Below are positions 16,985-26,815 of a DNA stretch of 40,692 bases, piece by piece; the first letter of the stretch is position 1, and the number at the start of each line of letters is the position of its first letter. The notes beneath the pieces are model-generated. The model did not search any database and was not told the DNA's origin. It saw nothing but the letters and a program-made list of their open reading frames with translations. A program made the translations under genes and the position numbers. Source of the stretch: a virus; the UHGV virus genome UHGV-0390076; one strand, 5' to 3'.

Positions 16985-18273
16985 TGAAGGGAGGGGCTGA
17001 CTTGATTACTGTACGGGGAAGAGAGCTGATTATACCAGAAAGCGAAAGACAGATCGGGACACAATATGACAGCAACTCAGAAGTACGGCAGATCAAGGTC
17101 AGCCGCCTTACTGCTGGTGGAGTAGATATTTCCCATCTGGATTTCAGGCTGGATTTGCGGTATGGAAATGAAAAGAAGGATACGGCTCTGCTGGATAAGG
17201 AAATTACAGATGATGAAGTAATACTTACATGGACTGTAGGCCCAAACAGCGTAAAAGGAGTAGGAACCGTATGGATTGCTGTTCGAGGATCAGATGATTT
17301 CGGGACAGTAAAATGGGCCACAAATCAGGGGTATCTGTATGTAGGGAAAACCATTGACACGCCTTCCGGAGAGGGTGTTGATCTGACAGAAATGGAAGCC
17401 CTGGAAAAGCGTCTCGACCAGAAAACAGCAGAGCTCGACACGGCAGAGAAGAAACGTGTAGAGGCTGAGAATATCAGAGAAGAGAATGAACAGCAGAGGC
17501 TGAATAATGAAAGAGAGTGGCAGGTACAGGGAGAAAAGGCTGTACAGGCAGCAAAAGATGCACAGGCGGCAGCATCTGCCGCAGAGAAAGAAAAAACAGT
17601 AGCAATGGAATATGCCACTGCTGCAGGTGGTTCGGCAGATGATGCAAGGCAATATGCAGAGGCGGCTTCAACAAGTGCTGTTAATGCAGACGCAAGTGCA
17701 AAAAGGGCAGAGGAGATTGCAGAAGGATTAGGTAGTTATGACGGTACTGCCGCCAGTGTGACGGCAGTAGATACTCATAATTTCACTGGCACAGGAGCTG
17801 GAAAGAAATCTACAGTGCAGGCATTACTGGATAAGATCGCACAGAAGCTGATTGAGAAGGTAGTCACTTCTGACACCTTCCAGACAGTGCTCGCTAAATA
17901 TCTGGTTAATAACGGACTTACTACAGAGGCAGGAAAGTTTGGTCTGGATGCGGCGTTTGGAAAGAACCTTCAGGATCAGATTACTGAACAAAATAGCAAT
18001 ATTCCAAGTATTACATTTACAATTCGACCTGGTCTAAAAGACATTTTAGATCCATTAAATAAAAGTGGTGTGTACGATACTAATCCAGAGACCATAAACC
18101 TTCCACTCCATATTTACGGACGAGCAATTATATCAAAAAATCCTGAAGGCTTATGGGTTTTTGTAGAATTTCTGCCTACTGATTTGAGCGCAATATACTT
18201 TTGTTTCTACAACGGTTACTCAGAGCCGGCTGGTTGGTCGGAATGGAAAAAGATACCTTCGCAATCAATATAA
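16981..18273 (+). CDS. structural protein with a central coiled-coil / Ala-rich segment (head-fibre or tail-fibre-like)
   Basis: 430 aa; heptad-rich and AAKDAQAAASAAEKEK segment; start may be TTG 17002 after a GGGAGGGG RBS. Confidence 0.45.
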   Translation: MMKGGADLITVRGRELIIPESERQIGTQYDSNSEVRQIKVSRLTAGGVDISHLDFRLDLRYGNEKKDTALLDKEITDDEVILTWTVGPNSVKGVGTVWIAVRGSDDFGTVKWATNQGYLYVGKTIDTPSGEGVDLTEMEALEKRLDQKTAELDTAEKKRVEAENIREENEQQRLNNEREWQVQGEKAVQAAKDAQAAASAAEKEKTVAMEYATAAGGSADDARQYAEAASTSAVNADASAKRAEEIAEGLGSYDGTAASVTAVDTHNFTGTGAGKKSTVQALLDKIAQKLIEKVVTSDTFQTVLAKYLVNNGLTTEAGKFGLDAAFGKNLQDQITEQNSNIPSITFTIRPGLKDILDPLNKSGVYDTNPETINLPLHIYGRAIISKNPEGLWVFVEFLPTDLSAIYFCFYNGYSEPAGWSEWKKIPSQSI

Positions 18274-18277
18274 TTAA

Positions 18278-18511
18278 TTATTCCACTGAAATTGGAGCTA
18301 TGTTTGTAAGATTGATATCGCCAATCCATTTATCGTTCTCCACGATAATCAACCTTTTTGCTCCACCATCTTCTACACTAAGAGATAATTTAAGTTTTTT
18401 GTCCCAATTCGTATTCTCTACGAATTTGCTATTTTGCTCAGTAATTCTAAGAAAGGAAAATTCAATGAATATAATAAGACAACCGACAAAACAAGGAGAA
18501 AAATTAACATA
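18278..18511 (-). CDS. small antisense-oriented protein with an N-terminal TM helix (77 aa); moron-like
   Basis: Open - strand frame with ATG, absent from the supplied track; low-GC segment; contains the 19-nt repeat shared with 36074-36092. Confidence 0.3.
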   Translation of the reverse strand, partial: YVNFSPCFVGCLIIFIEFSFLRITEQNSKFVENTNWDKKLKLSLSVEDGGAKRLIIVENDKWIGDINLTNIAPISVE

Positions 18512-18743
18512 TAAATTCCCTGTAAAAGGAAGTAAATTTTTGGTAAAAAATTTTACGGATGGAGATATAGAGGTGACTTTCGATTCAGGGGATAAGACAG
18601 GTATATTAATACCTGAAAATGCAGCTCAGATATGTATGATTGGAGAAAGCTCTGGTTGGGGATTATATGTGCGAGATACTCTATATATAACAGCAAAGGT
18701 GGAATCTGAAAAAGGGGTTGAAGTACAATGTCTCAGGTGGTAG
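18466..18743 (+). CDS. hypothetical protein (92 aa)
   Basis: Internal ATG of ORF 18201-18743; upstream part of that ORF is low-complexity. Confidence 0.4.
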
Positions 18744-20029
18744 GAGAAGACATGATGGTAGGAATGGGATATATTGGCTTAGATTCAGGCCGATTGTACC
18801 GTATGCGCCGAGGCCCTAAGCTGATTGAGGCAGTTGCTTCCGGTACCACAATCATCATCAATGATGCCACAGAAGGCCGTCCGTTCCGGGGGCTGAGGGT
18901 GTTTGGGAAGAGTACGCAGGATGGGGCACCGACACCAGAGGCACCAGTGCCGATAGTGAGTGCTGGTGAGAGTGGGAACATTACGGTGGAGGTGGGTGGA
19001 AAGAACCTGTTAACAGGGAGACTGTACTTCACAAACTATTCAAATGGTATTTCGTATGTTTACAACGAGGATGAAGTCACTTTACCTTATACACCATCAA
19101 TAGAGACTCGTGGAATTGGTTATGTTGTTCCGTGTAAGCCTGGTGTGCAGTATACCTTTTCTGTCACAAACCCAAACAAAAACTGGTGGCTGGGAATTGC
19201 AGAATACGAAAATTTCGAACAGGCAAAAAGCTCTTTAAATAAGATAGGGTATCAGCAGGGGGGTGAAAAGAGCAGTATCAAATACACTGCTGTCGGAAAT
19301 GGTGTTTTGGTATGTGTGATAGCAGGAAAATGGACGGACGGAAAAACAACTATCCATGAATGCACAGAATCCGAGCTATTGCAACTTGAAATCGGTTCTG
19401 AAGCAACCACCTACGAGCCACCACGCATTCCTCAATCCCTCACCCTTCAGACCCCTAACGGTTTACCCGGAATTCCAGTGACGAAAGATGGCAACTACAC
19501 AGATGCAGACGGTCAGCAGTGGGTGTGTGATGAGATTGACTTGGAGAGGGGTAAGTATGTGCAGAGGGTTGCAATTGAAAAAAATAATGGTGGTTTAGAA
19601 TTGAAACCTTCACCAGATACACAAGGAAGGTTTTTTCAGCATAATAAACTCACTAATATTTTTTCAATCGCATTAAAAAAGTCATTATGTAACATTGCGA
19701 GTTTTACCAGTTGGGGGGCACCTGTGAATGATAAGTATGCATTTGCATTAAATGGTCATAGCATTTATTTTTCGCCTCCAAAAGGTGCGGAAATAACAGC
19801 AGAAGAACTCAATGCAAAGCTTAATTCACTCTCATTTCCTGTGGTGTTTGTAGGCGAGTTAGCCACCCCCATCGAGCGGAATCTCACCCCCGAAGAGATT
19901 GCTGCTTACAAGGCCCTGCGGACATATGGCCCGACTACCGTAATTACCAATGACGCGGGGGCAGAGATGGAAATTGCATATAGGAAGGATAAGAAAAATG
20001 AGAAAATACATTGGAACAAAGTTGATTGA
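18728..20029 (+). CDS. structural protein (433 aa), function unknown
   Basis: Large ORF in the morphogenesis operon. Confidence 0.45.
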   Translation: MSQVVGEDMMVGMGYIGLDSGRLYRMRRGPKLIEAVASGTTIIINDATEGRPFRGLRVFGKSTQDGAPTPEAPVPIVSAGESGNITVEVGGKNLLTGRLYFTNYSNGISYVYNEDEVTLPYTPSIETRGIGYVVPCKPGVQYTFSVTNPNKNWWLGIAEYENFEQAKSSLNKIGYQQGGEKSSIKYTAVGNGVLVCVIAGKWTDGKTTIHECTESELLQLEIGSEATTYEPPRIPQSLTLQTPNGLPGIPVTKDGNYTDADGQQWVCDEIDLERGKYVQRVAIEKNNGGLELKPSPDTQGRFFQHNKLTNIFSIALKKSLCNIASFTSWGAPVNDKYAFALNGHSIYFSPPKGAEITAEELNAKLNSLSFPVVFVGELATPIERNLTPEEIAAYKALRTYGPTTVITNDAGAEMEIAYRKDKKNEKIHWNKVD

Positions 20030-20462
20030 AGCAGAGCCGATGACTTGGGGACAGTACAGCGAGGTAAAGGCATTGGATAGTAAAGTTGGTCTGTGCCCAC
20101 ATGAAGAAGGATACATGGTGAAGTATTCAGATGGATATACATCATGGTCCCCTAAGGAAGTTTTTGAGAGTGCATATTTGCCTGTAGATGATAATAAGAA
20201 TCTTCCATCTGGTGTAAGTATCGGGTCTAAGATGGTAGATGAATTTATCGCATTTACAGAAACACAGACAATGGGAGATAGAACTACAGTAGTACGCTGT
20301 GTTCTCCGAAATGGATTTGAAATTGTAGAGTCTAGCTCCTGCGTAGATCCGAAGAATTATTCAGAGGATATGGGACATGAAATCTGTATGAATAAAATTA
20401 AGGATAAAATCTGGGAGCTGTTAGGTTTTCTGTTGCAGACAGCATGGCATGGAATTAAGTAG
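19998..20462 (+). CDS. hypothetical structural protein (154 aa)
   Basis: ATG 19998 with an AAGGA RBS; the track start at 19950 overlaps more. Confidence 0.45.
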   Translation: MRKYIGTKLIEAEPMTWGQYSEVKALDSKVGLCPHEEGYMVKYSDGYTSWSPKEVFESAYLPVDDNKNLPSGVSIGSKMVDEFIAFTETQTMGDRTTVVRCVLRNGFEIVESSSCVDPKNYSEDMGHEICMNKIKDKIWELLGFLLQTAWHGIK

Positions 20463-20473
20463 AGGAGTAGCAG

Positions 20474-20866
20474 ATGGATAAAGACAAGCTTATTTTGAGG
20501 GATGGAGCCGCCATTGAATTGGAAGCAGGAGCATCTCTTGGCGCAATCCAAGTATCGGCAAGCGACCGATCAGTTATGTTGCAGATCTGGGAGAAGTTGA
20601 CTGAGGGGAATCTGGCAGAGGTAAATATCCAGAATGGAAGCGGGCTGACAGTGGGAATCTATAAGAATTTGGTACTGGTATCTGAAACTTCCATAGTGAA
20701 GAAAGACGGGACAGTAATTACCACATATTGCTTACGTGAGAAGACAGACATGGAGAAACGTCTGGATAACGTGGAGGCTGGTCAGGCAATCCAGGACGGA
20801 GCTATTGCTGATCTTGGAGAAGTATCCAGCCTGCTTGCAGGACAGATGGATGGAGGAAAGGAATAA
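20474..20866 (+). CDS. hypothetical protein (130 aa)
   Basis: GGAG RBS; ORF. Confidence 0.45.
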   Translation: MDKDKLILRDGAAIELEAGASLGAIQVSASDRSVMLQIWEKLTEGNLAEVNIQNGSGLTVGIYKNLVLVSETSIVKKDGTVITTYCLREKTDMEKRLDNVEAGQAIQDGAIADLGEVSSLLAGQMDGGKE

Positions 20867-20979
20867 TGGCAGCTTTCTACGGTAATCGGATTCGTTCTGG
20901 GCTTATGACACTGGAAGAAGTACCTAAGCTGTGGCGTAAGAAAACAGAGCTGTGGTTACAGAAGAATCCGGAGGTATAA
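20866..20979 (+). CDS. XkdX-like small phage protein (37 aa)
   Basis: TAATG overlap with the previous gene; FYG...GLMTLEEV...W pattern resembles the XkdX family found next to lysis genes; not in the track. Confidence 0.35.
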   Translation: MAAFYGNRIRSGLMTLEEVPKLWRKKTELWLQKNPEV

Positions 20980-20982
20980 GCA

Positions 20983-21315
20983 GTGAGTGATATTTTACAG
21001 TACATTGCTACGCATTGGGTGGCATGGATGTTTGTAATATTATCAGGTCTGTTAGGTCAACTATTCCGTCAGATGAAAGTACAGCGTAGTAAGACACAAG
21101 CTATCAATGAAGGGGTTCTTGCCTTATTACATGACCGATTGTACCAGGCTTGTCAATATTACATCAAGCTAGGTTATTGCCCTATAGATGGTCGGGATAA
21201 TCTTGAATATATGTTCCGACCATATAAAGCTTTAGGAGGAAATGGAACTGGAGAAGAGTTATATAACAGATGTTTGGCTCTTCCGTATGAGCCTGAATTA
21301 GAAAAGGAGGATTAA
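20983..21315 (+). CDS. membrane protein with one N-terminal TM helix (possible holin or lysis accessory protein)
   Basis: GTG start; hydrophobic segment VAWMFVILSGLLGQLF; adjacent to holin-like and amidase genes. Confidence 0.4.
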   Translation: MSDILQYIATHWVAWMFVILSGLLGQLFRQMKVQRSKTQAINEGVLALLHDRLYQACQYYIKLGYCPIDGRDNLEYMFRPYKALGGNGTGEELYNRCLALPYEPELEKED

Positions 21316-21318
21316 AAG

Positions 21319-21645
21319 ATGGATATAAATGTAATCATGCAGTATGGGTCATATGTGCTTATTGCTATTGGGGTGATGGCTTTTGTAGTATCTGTAATTA
21401 CGCAGGTTATTAAGTCATGGCCTGGCTTAGACAAACTGCCTACGGCAGCAGTGGTTATTGTGCTTTCTTTGGTGTTGTGTCCCATATCAATGATTGCCCT
21501 TATGGAATGGATGGGACAACCAGTAACATGGTATATGTGCTTTGCTTGTATGATTGCAGCTTTTGTTGTGGCTTTGGTTGCTATGGATGGCTGGGAGAGA
21601 GTAAATGAAATTTGGGGACGTACACAGCATAAGAAAGTGACATAG
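21319..21645 (+). CDS. holin-like membrane protein (three predicted TM helices, charged C-terminus)
   Basis: Hydrophobic profile; 108 aa; lies before the endolysin. Confidence 0.55.
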   Translation: MDINVIMQYGSYVLIAIGVMAFVVSVITQVIKSWPGLDKLPTAAVVIVLSLVLCPISMIALMEWMGQPVTWYMCFACMIAAFVVALVAMDGWERVNEIWGRTQHKKVT

Positions 21646-21729
21646 GAGGAGGTGATCCATCTATCTCCCGATCTGGTCAGGGTTAGAGCCAGAATCACTA
21701 TCAACAATTAAAACTAAGGAGGAGCAATC

Positions 21730-21963
21730 ATGAAAAAAGATTACAAAAACAGAACACTCACATTTGACAGCCCAGAGGAAGAAGCAAAGCATAATAAGCA
21801 TATGGCACAGTTTGGACCTGGTACAGAAAATGGTTCCCACCCAGATGACTGCCCTTACTGCAAGAGACATGGCTGGGACACGTTCCCCGGAACCACTTTT
21901 GAAGAAGAGTGTGATAAGTGGGCTGCCGAACATCCGGAAGAGGTAGAAAGGTTGCCGGATTGA
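21730..21963 (+). CDS. hypothetical protein (77 aa)
   Basis: AAGGAGG RBS. Confidence 0.45.
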   Translation: MKKDYKNRTLTFDSPEEEAKHNKHMAQFGPGTENGSHPDDCPYCKRHGWDTFPGTTFEEECDKWAAEHPEEVERLPD

Positions 21964-22064
21964 ACATAAGGCAGCTGTAGAATATGGCCTTGATATTATT
22001 TACGAGGCTTAGGACTTTAAGAGCCTGGGAGAAGATCCTGGGCTTTTTATTTTAGGAGGATACA

Positions 22065-22805
22065 ATGGAGATAAGAAAAGAAATCAAGCAGATTAATTGT
22101 TATGCAGGAAAGAATCGCCCAGTATGGATCGTGATCCATGAAACGGATAATTATGATTGGGGAGCAGGAGCAGAAACGCATGCAAAAGCTCACAAAAACG
22201 GAAACTTATCCACATCTGTGCATTGGTATGTGGATGATAAAGCAGCAGTCCAGACACTGGATTACAGTGACGGGGCCTATGCAGTTGGTAAGCAGTACGG
22301 TACCCCGGTTATTCCAGGAGTAACCAATACGAACAGCATAAATATTGAAATCTGTGTTAATGAAGATTCGATTTACAGTAAAGCAGTCTCTAATTGTGCG
22401 GAACTTGTAAGAATGATCATGTTACAGACCGGAATCAAGATAGATCATGTGATCCGGCATTATGATGCCAAGCGTAAATATTGCCCCAGAAAGATGATGG
22501 ATAATCTAACACTATGGGAAGAGTTCAAGAAAAATCTTAATCAATATGCAGTAGGATGGCATCATGATAATAACGGATGGTGGTATGCGGATACACCGCA
22601 CAGTTATTACAGGTCATGCTGGCAGACGATTAACCACCATAAATATTACTTTAATTCTGACGGTTATGCTTTGACAGACTGGCACCAGATTGACGGCAAA
22701 TGGTACTATTTTGAGCCTACATCCGGTCATCCCTTAGAATGTGCTCTGTATGTGACGGATGCAGATGGTGTACAGGGGCCGGGCGAATTTAAGGAGGACG
22801 AATGA
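22065..22805 (+). CDS. endolysin: N-acetylmuramoyl-L-alanine amidase (Amidase_2/PGRP type) with C-terminal choline-binding-type wall repeats
   Basis: N-terminal VWIVIHETDN...H motifs; C-terminal GWxxDNNGWWY...KYYFNSDGY...GKWYYF repeats. Confidence 0.8.
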   Translation: MEIRKEIKQINCYAGKNRPVWIVIHETDNYDWGAGAETHAKAHKNGNLSTSVHWYVDDKAAVQTLDYSDGAYAVGKQYGTPVIPGVTNTNSINIEICVNEDSIYSKAVSNCAELVRMIMLQTGIKIDHVIRHYDAKRKYCPRKMMDNLTLWEEFKKNLNQYAVGWHHDNNGWWYADTPHSYYRSCWQTINHHKYYFNSDGYALTDWHQIDGKWYYFEPTSGHPLECALYVTDADGVQGPGEFKEDE

Positions 22806-23173
22806 AATTAAATGACCTGATAGAAAAGATTACGGCTCTGAGGGGGCAGCAGTACAGCACCCATATGATCATGGGATGGGTCAATGAAATCGAGGGCCAG
22901 GTAGTAGAAGAGATCATAAACCGGGCAGAGGGATTTGATATAGATTTTAAACCTCTGGATTATCAGCTGGATTATGATACGGAATTGAGCATCCCTAATC
23001 GCTTTCAGGATGTGTATATCAACTATCTGCTCTCAAAGATTGATTTTCACAATGAGGAAACAGAACGCTATAACAATGATGTGATCATGTACAACTCGGC
23101 CTATGAATCGTTTGCTGCCTGGTTCCGCAGGCAACACAGGGCAAAGCAGACGGCTATGTTTTCAAGATTTTGA
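22802..23173 (+). CDS. hypothetical protein (123 aa)
   Basis: ORF overlapping the endolysin stop. Confidence 0.4.
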   Translation: MKLNDLIEKITALRGQQYSTHMIMGWVNEIEGQVVEEIINRAEGFDIDFKPLDYQLDYDTELSIPNRFQDVYINYLLSKIDFHNEETERYNNDVIMYNSAYESFAAWFRRQHRAKQTAMFSRF

Positions 23174-23182
23174 GGTGGAACT

Positions 23183-24751
23183 ATGGGAAGATTACCAATG
23201 CTGTCAATGACCCCCAAAGGGAGTAATAAGCAACTGGGCGCCTTTGGGGGGCTGAATAAGGGGCTTGTGATCGGGGATAATGAGTTTTCTGATATGAAAA
23301 ATATGTGCTCCGATCAGTTCCCAGCTATTGCCGTGAGGAAGCCGCGGGGGGAGATCATAAAGAAACTGGAAAAGCCTCATGGGCTGTTCTGGAAAAATGG
23401 ACTGGCCTACGCAGATGGTACAAAGCTGTACTATCAGGACAAAGAAATTGGAACCGTCACAGATACGGATAAGCAGATGGTTGGAATGGGCGCTTACATT
23501 GTTATATTCCCGGATAAGCTGATGTATAACACATCCACAGGGGAGCTGAAAGGATTGGAGGCATCCTGGACACAGGGAGCAGCCGCCACATTCGCGCAGA
23601 CAACCACAGGAAGCACCATGGTGAAAATCAGCTGTACGGGAATCGGAAGCGGCTTTTCTCAGTTTGACGGGGTAGAGATTTCGGGATGTACCAATGCTGA
23701 ATTTAATAAAACCACAGTGATCCAGGAGCTGGCAGCTGATTACATCATCATTGTAGGAAACCTGAAAGAGACGTTCACCCAGGATTCAGGTCTTAAAATC
23801 ACCCGTAAAACCCCCGATATGGATTATATCTGTGAGAATGGGAACCGGATCTGGGGCTGCTCCAGCAAAAACCATGAAGTTTATTCCAGTAAGCTGGGGG
23901 ACCCTACGAACTGGCAGGCATATGAGGGGATAAGCACGGATTCCTACGCCGCTACTGTGGGGAGTGACGGGGATTTCACAGGCTGTCTGTCCCATATGGG
24001 CTACGTTTTATTCTTCAAGGAAGATGTAATACATAAAGTCTTTGGAGATAAGCCAAGCAATTACCAGATCAATACTACTTCCCCAGTGCGTGGAATTGCC
24101 AAAGGCTGTGAGAAAACAGCCTGCATCGTAAATGAAACACTGCTGTATGTGTCACGGAATAATGTGTGCAGCTATGATGGGGCCTATCCAGAATCTGTAT
24201 CGGATGCACTGGCAGAGACCCGTTTCTCCGGCGGTGTAGCCGGGCAGTATAACGGAAAATACTACGCTTCCCTGAGTGATGCATCCGGTAACTGGAACCT
24301 GTATGTATATGATCTCAAAAAGGGGATGTGGCACAGGGAAGACAACCTTCATGCACTTTTTATGGTCTATGGGGAAGGACAGCTCTATTGTATTGACGCG
24401 AATCATAACCTGTTTACCATTTCAGGAACCCGCGACGAATACATTGAATGGATGATAGAGAGCGGGGATATGATGGACGGGACCGTTGAATTTAAATATC
24501 TGAGGCGGCTGTTGTTCAACCTTCTGTTGGAGCCGGGAAGTGAAGTGGATGTATTCCTGAAATGTGACGGGGAACCGGAATTTCGGAAGAAGATTTCTTT
24601 TACTTCTACTGGATATAGAACGCAGACCCTGAATGTGATACCGGACCGGTGCCAGCGTTACCGTTTCCGTCTGGAGGGAAACGGACCGGCGGCATTGATC
24701 GCATTGAGCAAATATATAGGCTACGGGAGTGATATTCATGGCTGTATATAA
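23183..24751 (+). CDS. putative tail/baseplate structural protein (522 aa)
   Basis: Large ORF immediately upstream of the tail-fibre genes. Confidence 0.4.
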   Translation: MGRLPMLSMTPKGSNKQLGAFGGLNKGLVIGDNEFSDMKNMCSDQFPAIAVRKPRGEIIKKLEKPHGLFWKNGLAYADGTKLYYQDKEIGTVTDTDKQMVGMGAYIVIFPDKLMYNTSTGELKGLEASWTQGAAATFAQTTTGSTMVKISCTGIGSGFSQFDGVEISGCTNAEFNKTTVIQELAADYIIIVGNLKETFTQDSGLKITRKTPDMDYICENGNRIWGCSSKNHEVYSSKLGDPTNWQAYEGISTDSYAATVGSDGDFTGCLSHMGYVLFFKEDVIHKVFGDKPSNYQINTTSPVRGIAKGCEKTACIVNETLLYVSRNNVCSYDGAYPESVSDALAETRFSGGVAGQYNGKYYASLSDASGNWNLYVYDLKKGMWHREDNLHALFMVYGEGQLYCIDANHNLFTISGTRDEYIEWMIESGDMMDGTVEFKYLRRLLFNLLLEPGSEVDVFLKCDGEPEFRKKISFTSTGYRTQTLNVIPDRCQRYRFRLEGNGPAALIALSKYIGYGSDIHGCI

Positions 24752-25712
24752 GCCTTTGGTAATTGAAAAGAATGAAACCGATATAAAAAAGATCATGAGG
24801 CAGCTATACCGGTTCAGTGAGGACTTGAAATTTACCATCTCAAACCTGTCATTGGATGATAATTTTTCCAAGGAATCTCTGGATGCGATCACGGAGAGAG
24901 GAGAGACCGTCCGGAAGATCAAATTTGATACAGACGGTTTTTCGATAGAGTATGAAAATTATAAGACAGGAGTGCTTACAAGGCTGGGTCAGACAGAGGA
25001 TACCATTTCTTTTCTGGTTGATTCTGGGAGTGTGGTAAAAGAAATGCTGACCCGGATGGAGCTTCATGGGGAATATATACGCCTTACCAGCGGCCATATC
25101 CTTATCAACGCCCAGAATATGACACTGGATGCTGCAGGCAATGCCGTGTTTTCGGGAGCAATCAACGGCGGTTCTATCAATATTAACAACAGGTTTATTG
25201 TATATCCCAATGGGGACTGTTATGTAGATGATTCCCTGAAAACAGAGACCCTGAATCCGGCGCAAGGCGTGACAGCGGCAGATATGGAGGTATACAACGA
25301 TAATGATTATATCAATACCATAGGCCGGACAGTGACCTGCTCAGAAGCATATATTTCAGAAACGCTTTCATGCAACCGGGTGAGATACACATCAGATCAG
25401 CGGAAAAAGAGGGAGATTCATCCGCTTCCGGATGTATCCATGCTGATCCGGAATCTCAGGCCGGTACGTTACTGTATCAATGGCAGGGATACGATTGGGT
25501 ACATTGCTCAGGAAGTGCAAAAGTATGCTGTGTCAGAATCTGACACATATGAGTCAGACTGCATCCCGGCTGTGGGGCAGTCTAGGGAGTATATGGAATT
25601 GCCGTATTCCATGTACACTGCGGTTTACGCCAGAGCCATACAGGAACATCAGAAACGTTTGGACAGAATGAAGAGAGAACTTAAGGAGATGGGAGAGGAT
25701 GTCAAGTTTTAA
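24729..25712 (+). CDS. tail fibre/spike protein with a C-terminal S74 intramolecular-chaperone domain
   Basis: C-terminal SDQRKKREI... motif (Ser-Lys dyad of Peptidase_S74); central block is paralogous to the next gene. Confidence 0.7.
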   Translation: MIFMAVYKPLVIEKNETDIKKIMRQLYRFSEDLKFTISNLSLDDNFSKESLDAITERGETVRKIKFDTDGFSIEYENYKTGVLTRLGQTEDTISFLVDSGSVVKEMLTRMELHGEYIRLTSGHILINAQNMTLDAAGNAVFSGAINGGSININNRFIVYPNGDCYVDDSLKTETLNPAQGVTAADMEVYNDNDYINTIGRTVTCSEAYISETLSCNRVRYTSDQRKKREIHPLPDVSMLIRNLRPVRYCINGRDTIGYIAQEVQKYAVSESDTYESDCIPAVGQSREYMELPYSMYTAVYARAIQEHQKRLDRMKRELKEMGEDVKF

Positions 25713-26655
25713 TGTGCCTATGCTGGGAGGCCAGAATCCGGATATAAAAAAAGTATACAACTACATACAGCTTTTGAATGACCAGCTCCGCTACAGTCTG
25801 TCCAATATCACACCAGAGGATAATTTTGACCAGCAGTCATTTTTGAAATATCAGGAAACAGAAACCCATATAGCCCAGCTGGAAGTTACTATGAAGGGGT
25901 TTTTATCAGAGTTCCAGAACCTTCAGGACAATGTTTCTACCAGCATCAAAGTGCTGGACGGACAAATTGCATTAAAGGTAAGTAAAGACAAGCTGTGTTC
26001 GGAAATATCCGCTACGACAGAAGCAATCAATTTCAAAACCGGTTATCTAATCATTGATGCCAATAATTTTAAGCTGAATAAGGATGGGACGGCTACATTC
26101 AGCGGTACGATCAACGGCGGATCCATCAATATCAATAACCGGTTTGTGGTTACTTCTGCGGGGCAGGTCACGATTGATTCCATTACTTTTGCACAGGGTA
26201 TTGTGACCAATGGGCTGCTGTACACCAATTACATCCGCATATCTGGAAATGCAGATGTAGAAGGGACACTGACAGCTAAGACAATGAATGTAACGGGGGA
26301 TGTATCCTGCGAAACTCTGTTTGAGCGTTCAGACCGGAGGTTAAAAAACAATATCCGGGATATTCCGGATCAGACGGCGCTTAAGCTTGTGCTGGGGATG
26401 CGTCCCGTGACGTTCCGGTTCAGGGATACCGGGCAGAGGTCCATGGGGCTGATCGCTCAGGAAGTAGATGAGCTCCAGAAACGTCTGGGAACAGATCTTC
26501 CACTGGTGGATCATAGTGGAGAGTATCTGGCAATCCCATATGGAAACAACAGTGTGCTGTTTTCCGGGGCGATTCGGCAGCAGGGACGGGAAATAGAAGC
26601 ATTGGAAAAAGCTATAAGGAAAATAAAGGAGGCGCAAAATGAAAATTGTATATGA
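25699..26655 (+). CDS. tail fibre/spike protein paralogue with a C-terminal S74 intramolecular-chaperone domain
   Basis: SDRRLKNNI...LIAQEV motif; shares ...FSG(A/T)INGGSININNRF(I/V)V... with the previous gene. Confidence 0.7.
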   Translation: MSSFNVPMLGGQNPDIKKVYNYIQLLNDQLRYSLSNITPEDNFDQQSFLKYQETETHIAQLEVTMKGFLSEFQNLQDNVSTSIKVLDGQIALKVSKDKLCSEISATTEAINFKTGYLIIDANNFKLNKDGTATFSGTINGGSININNRFVVTSAGQVTIDSITFAQGIVTNGLLYTNYIRISGNADVEGTLTAKTMNVTGDVSCETLFERSDRRLKNNIRDIPDQTALKLVLGMRPVTFRFRDTGQRSMGLIAQEVDELQKRLGTDLPLVDHSGEYLAIPYGNNSVLFSGAIRQQGREIEALEKAIRKIKEAQNENCI

Positions 26656-26815
26656 AGAAAGTGATATCGGAATGGCATTGATGGCGCTTAACCAGCTGAA
26701 AGTGGAGGGAGTACAGCAGGCGGGACTTTTAATTACAATTAATAATACTCTCAATAAGGGAGTAAAGGTAGAAGAACGCAAAATAGAGAATCCGGAAGTA
26801 AAGGGGGAAAAATAG
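26639..26815 (+). CDS. small protein (58 aa) between the fibre genes and the next gene
   Basis: Strong AAGGAGG RBS 7 nt before ATG 26639; not in the track. Confidence 0.4.
   Translation: MKIVYEESDIGMALMALNQLKVEGVQQAGLLITINNTLNKGVKVEERKIENPEVKGEK

Noticed and set aside
21964-22064. Possible terminator before the endolysin gene (agcctggg...cctgggcttttt)
   Set aside because: The two arms are direct, not inverted, repeats. Only a weak 3-4-bp stem precedes the T-run, so I did not call it.
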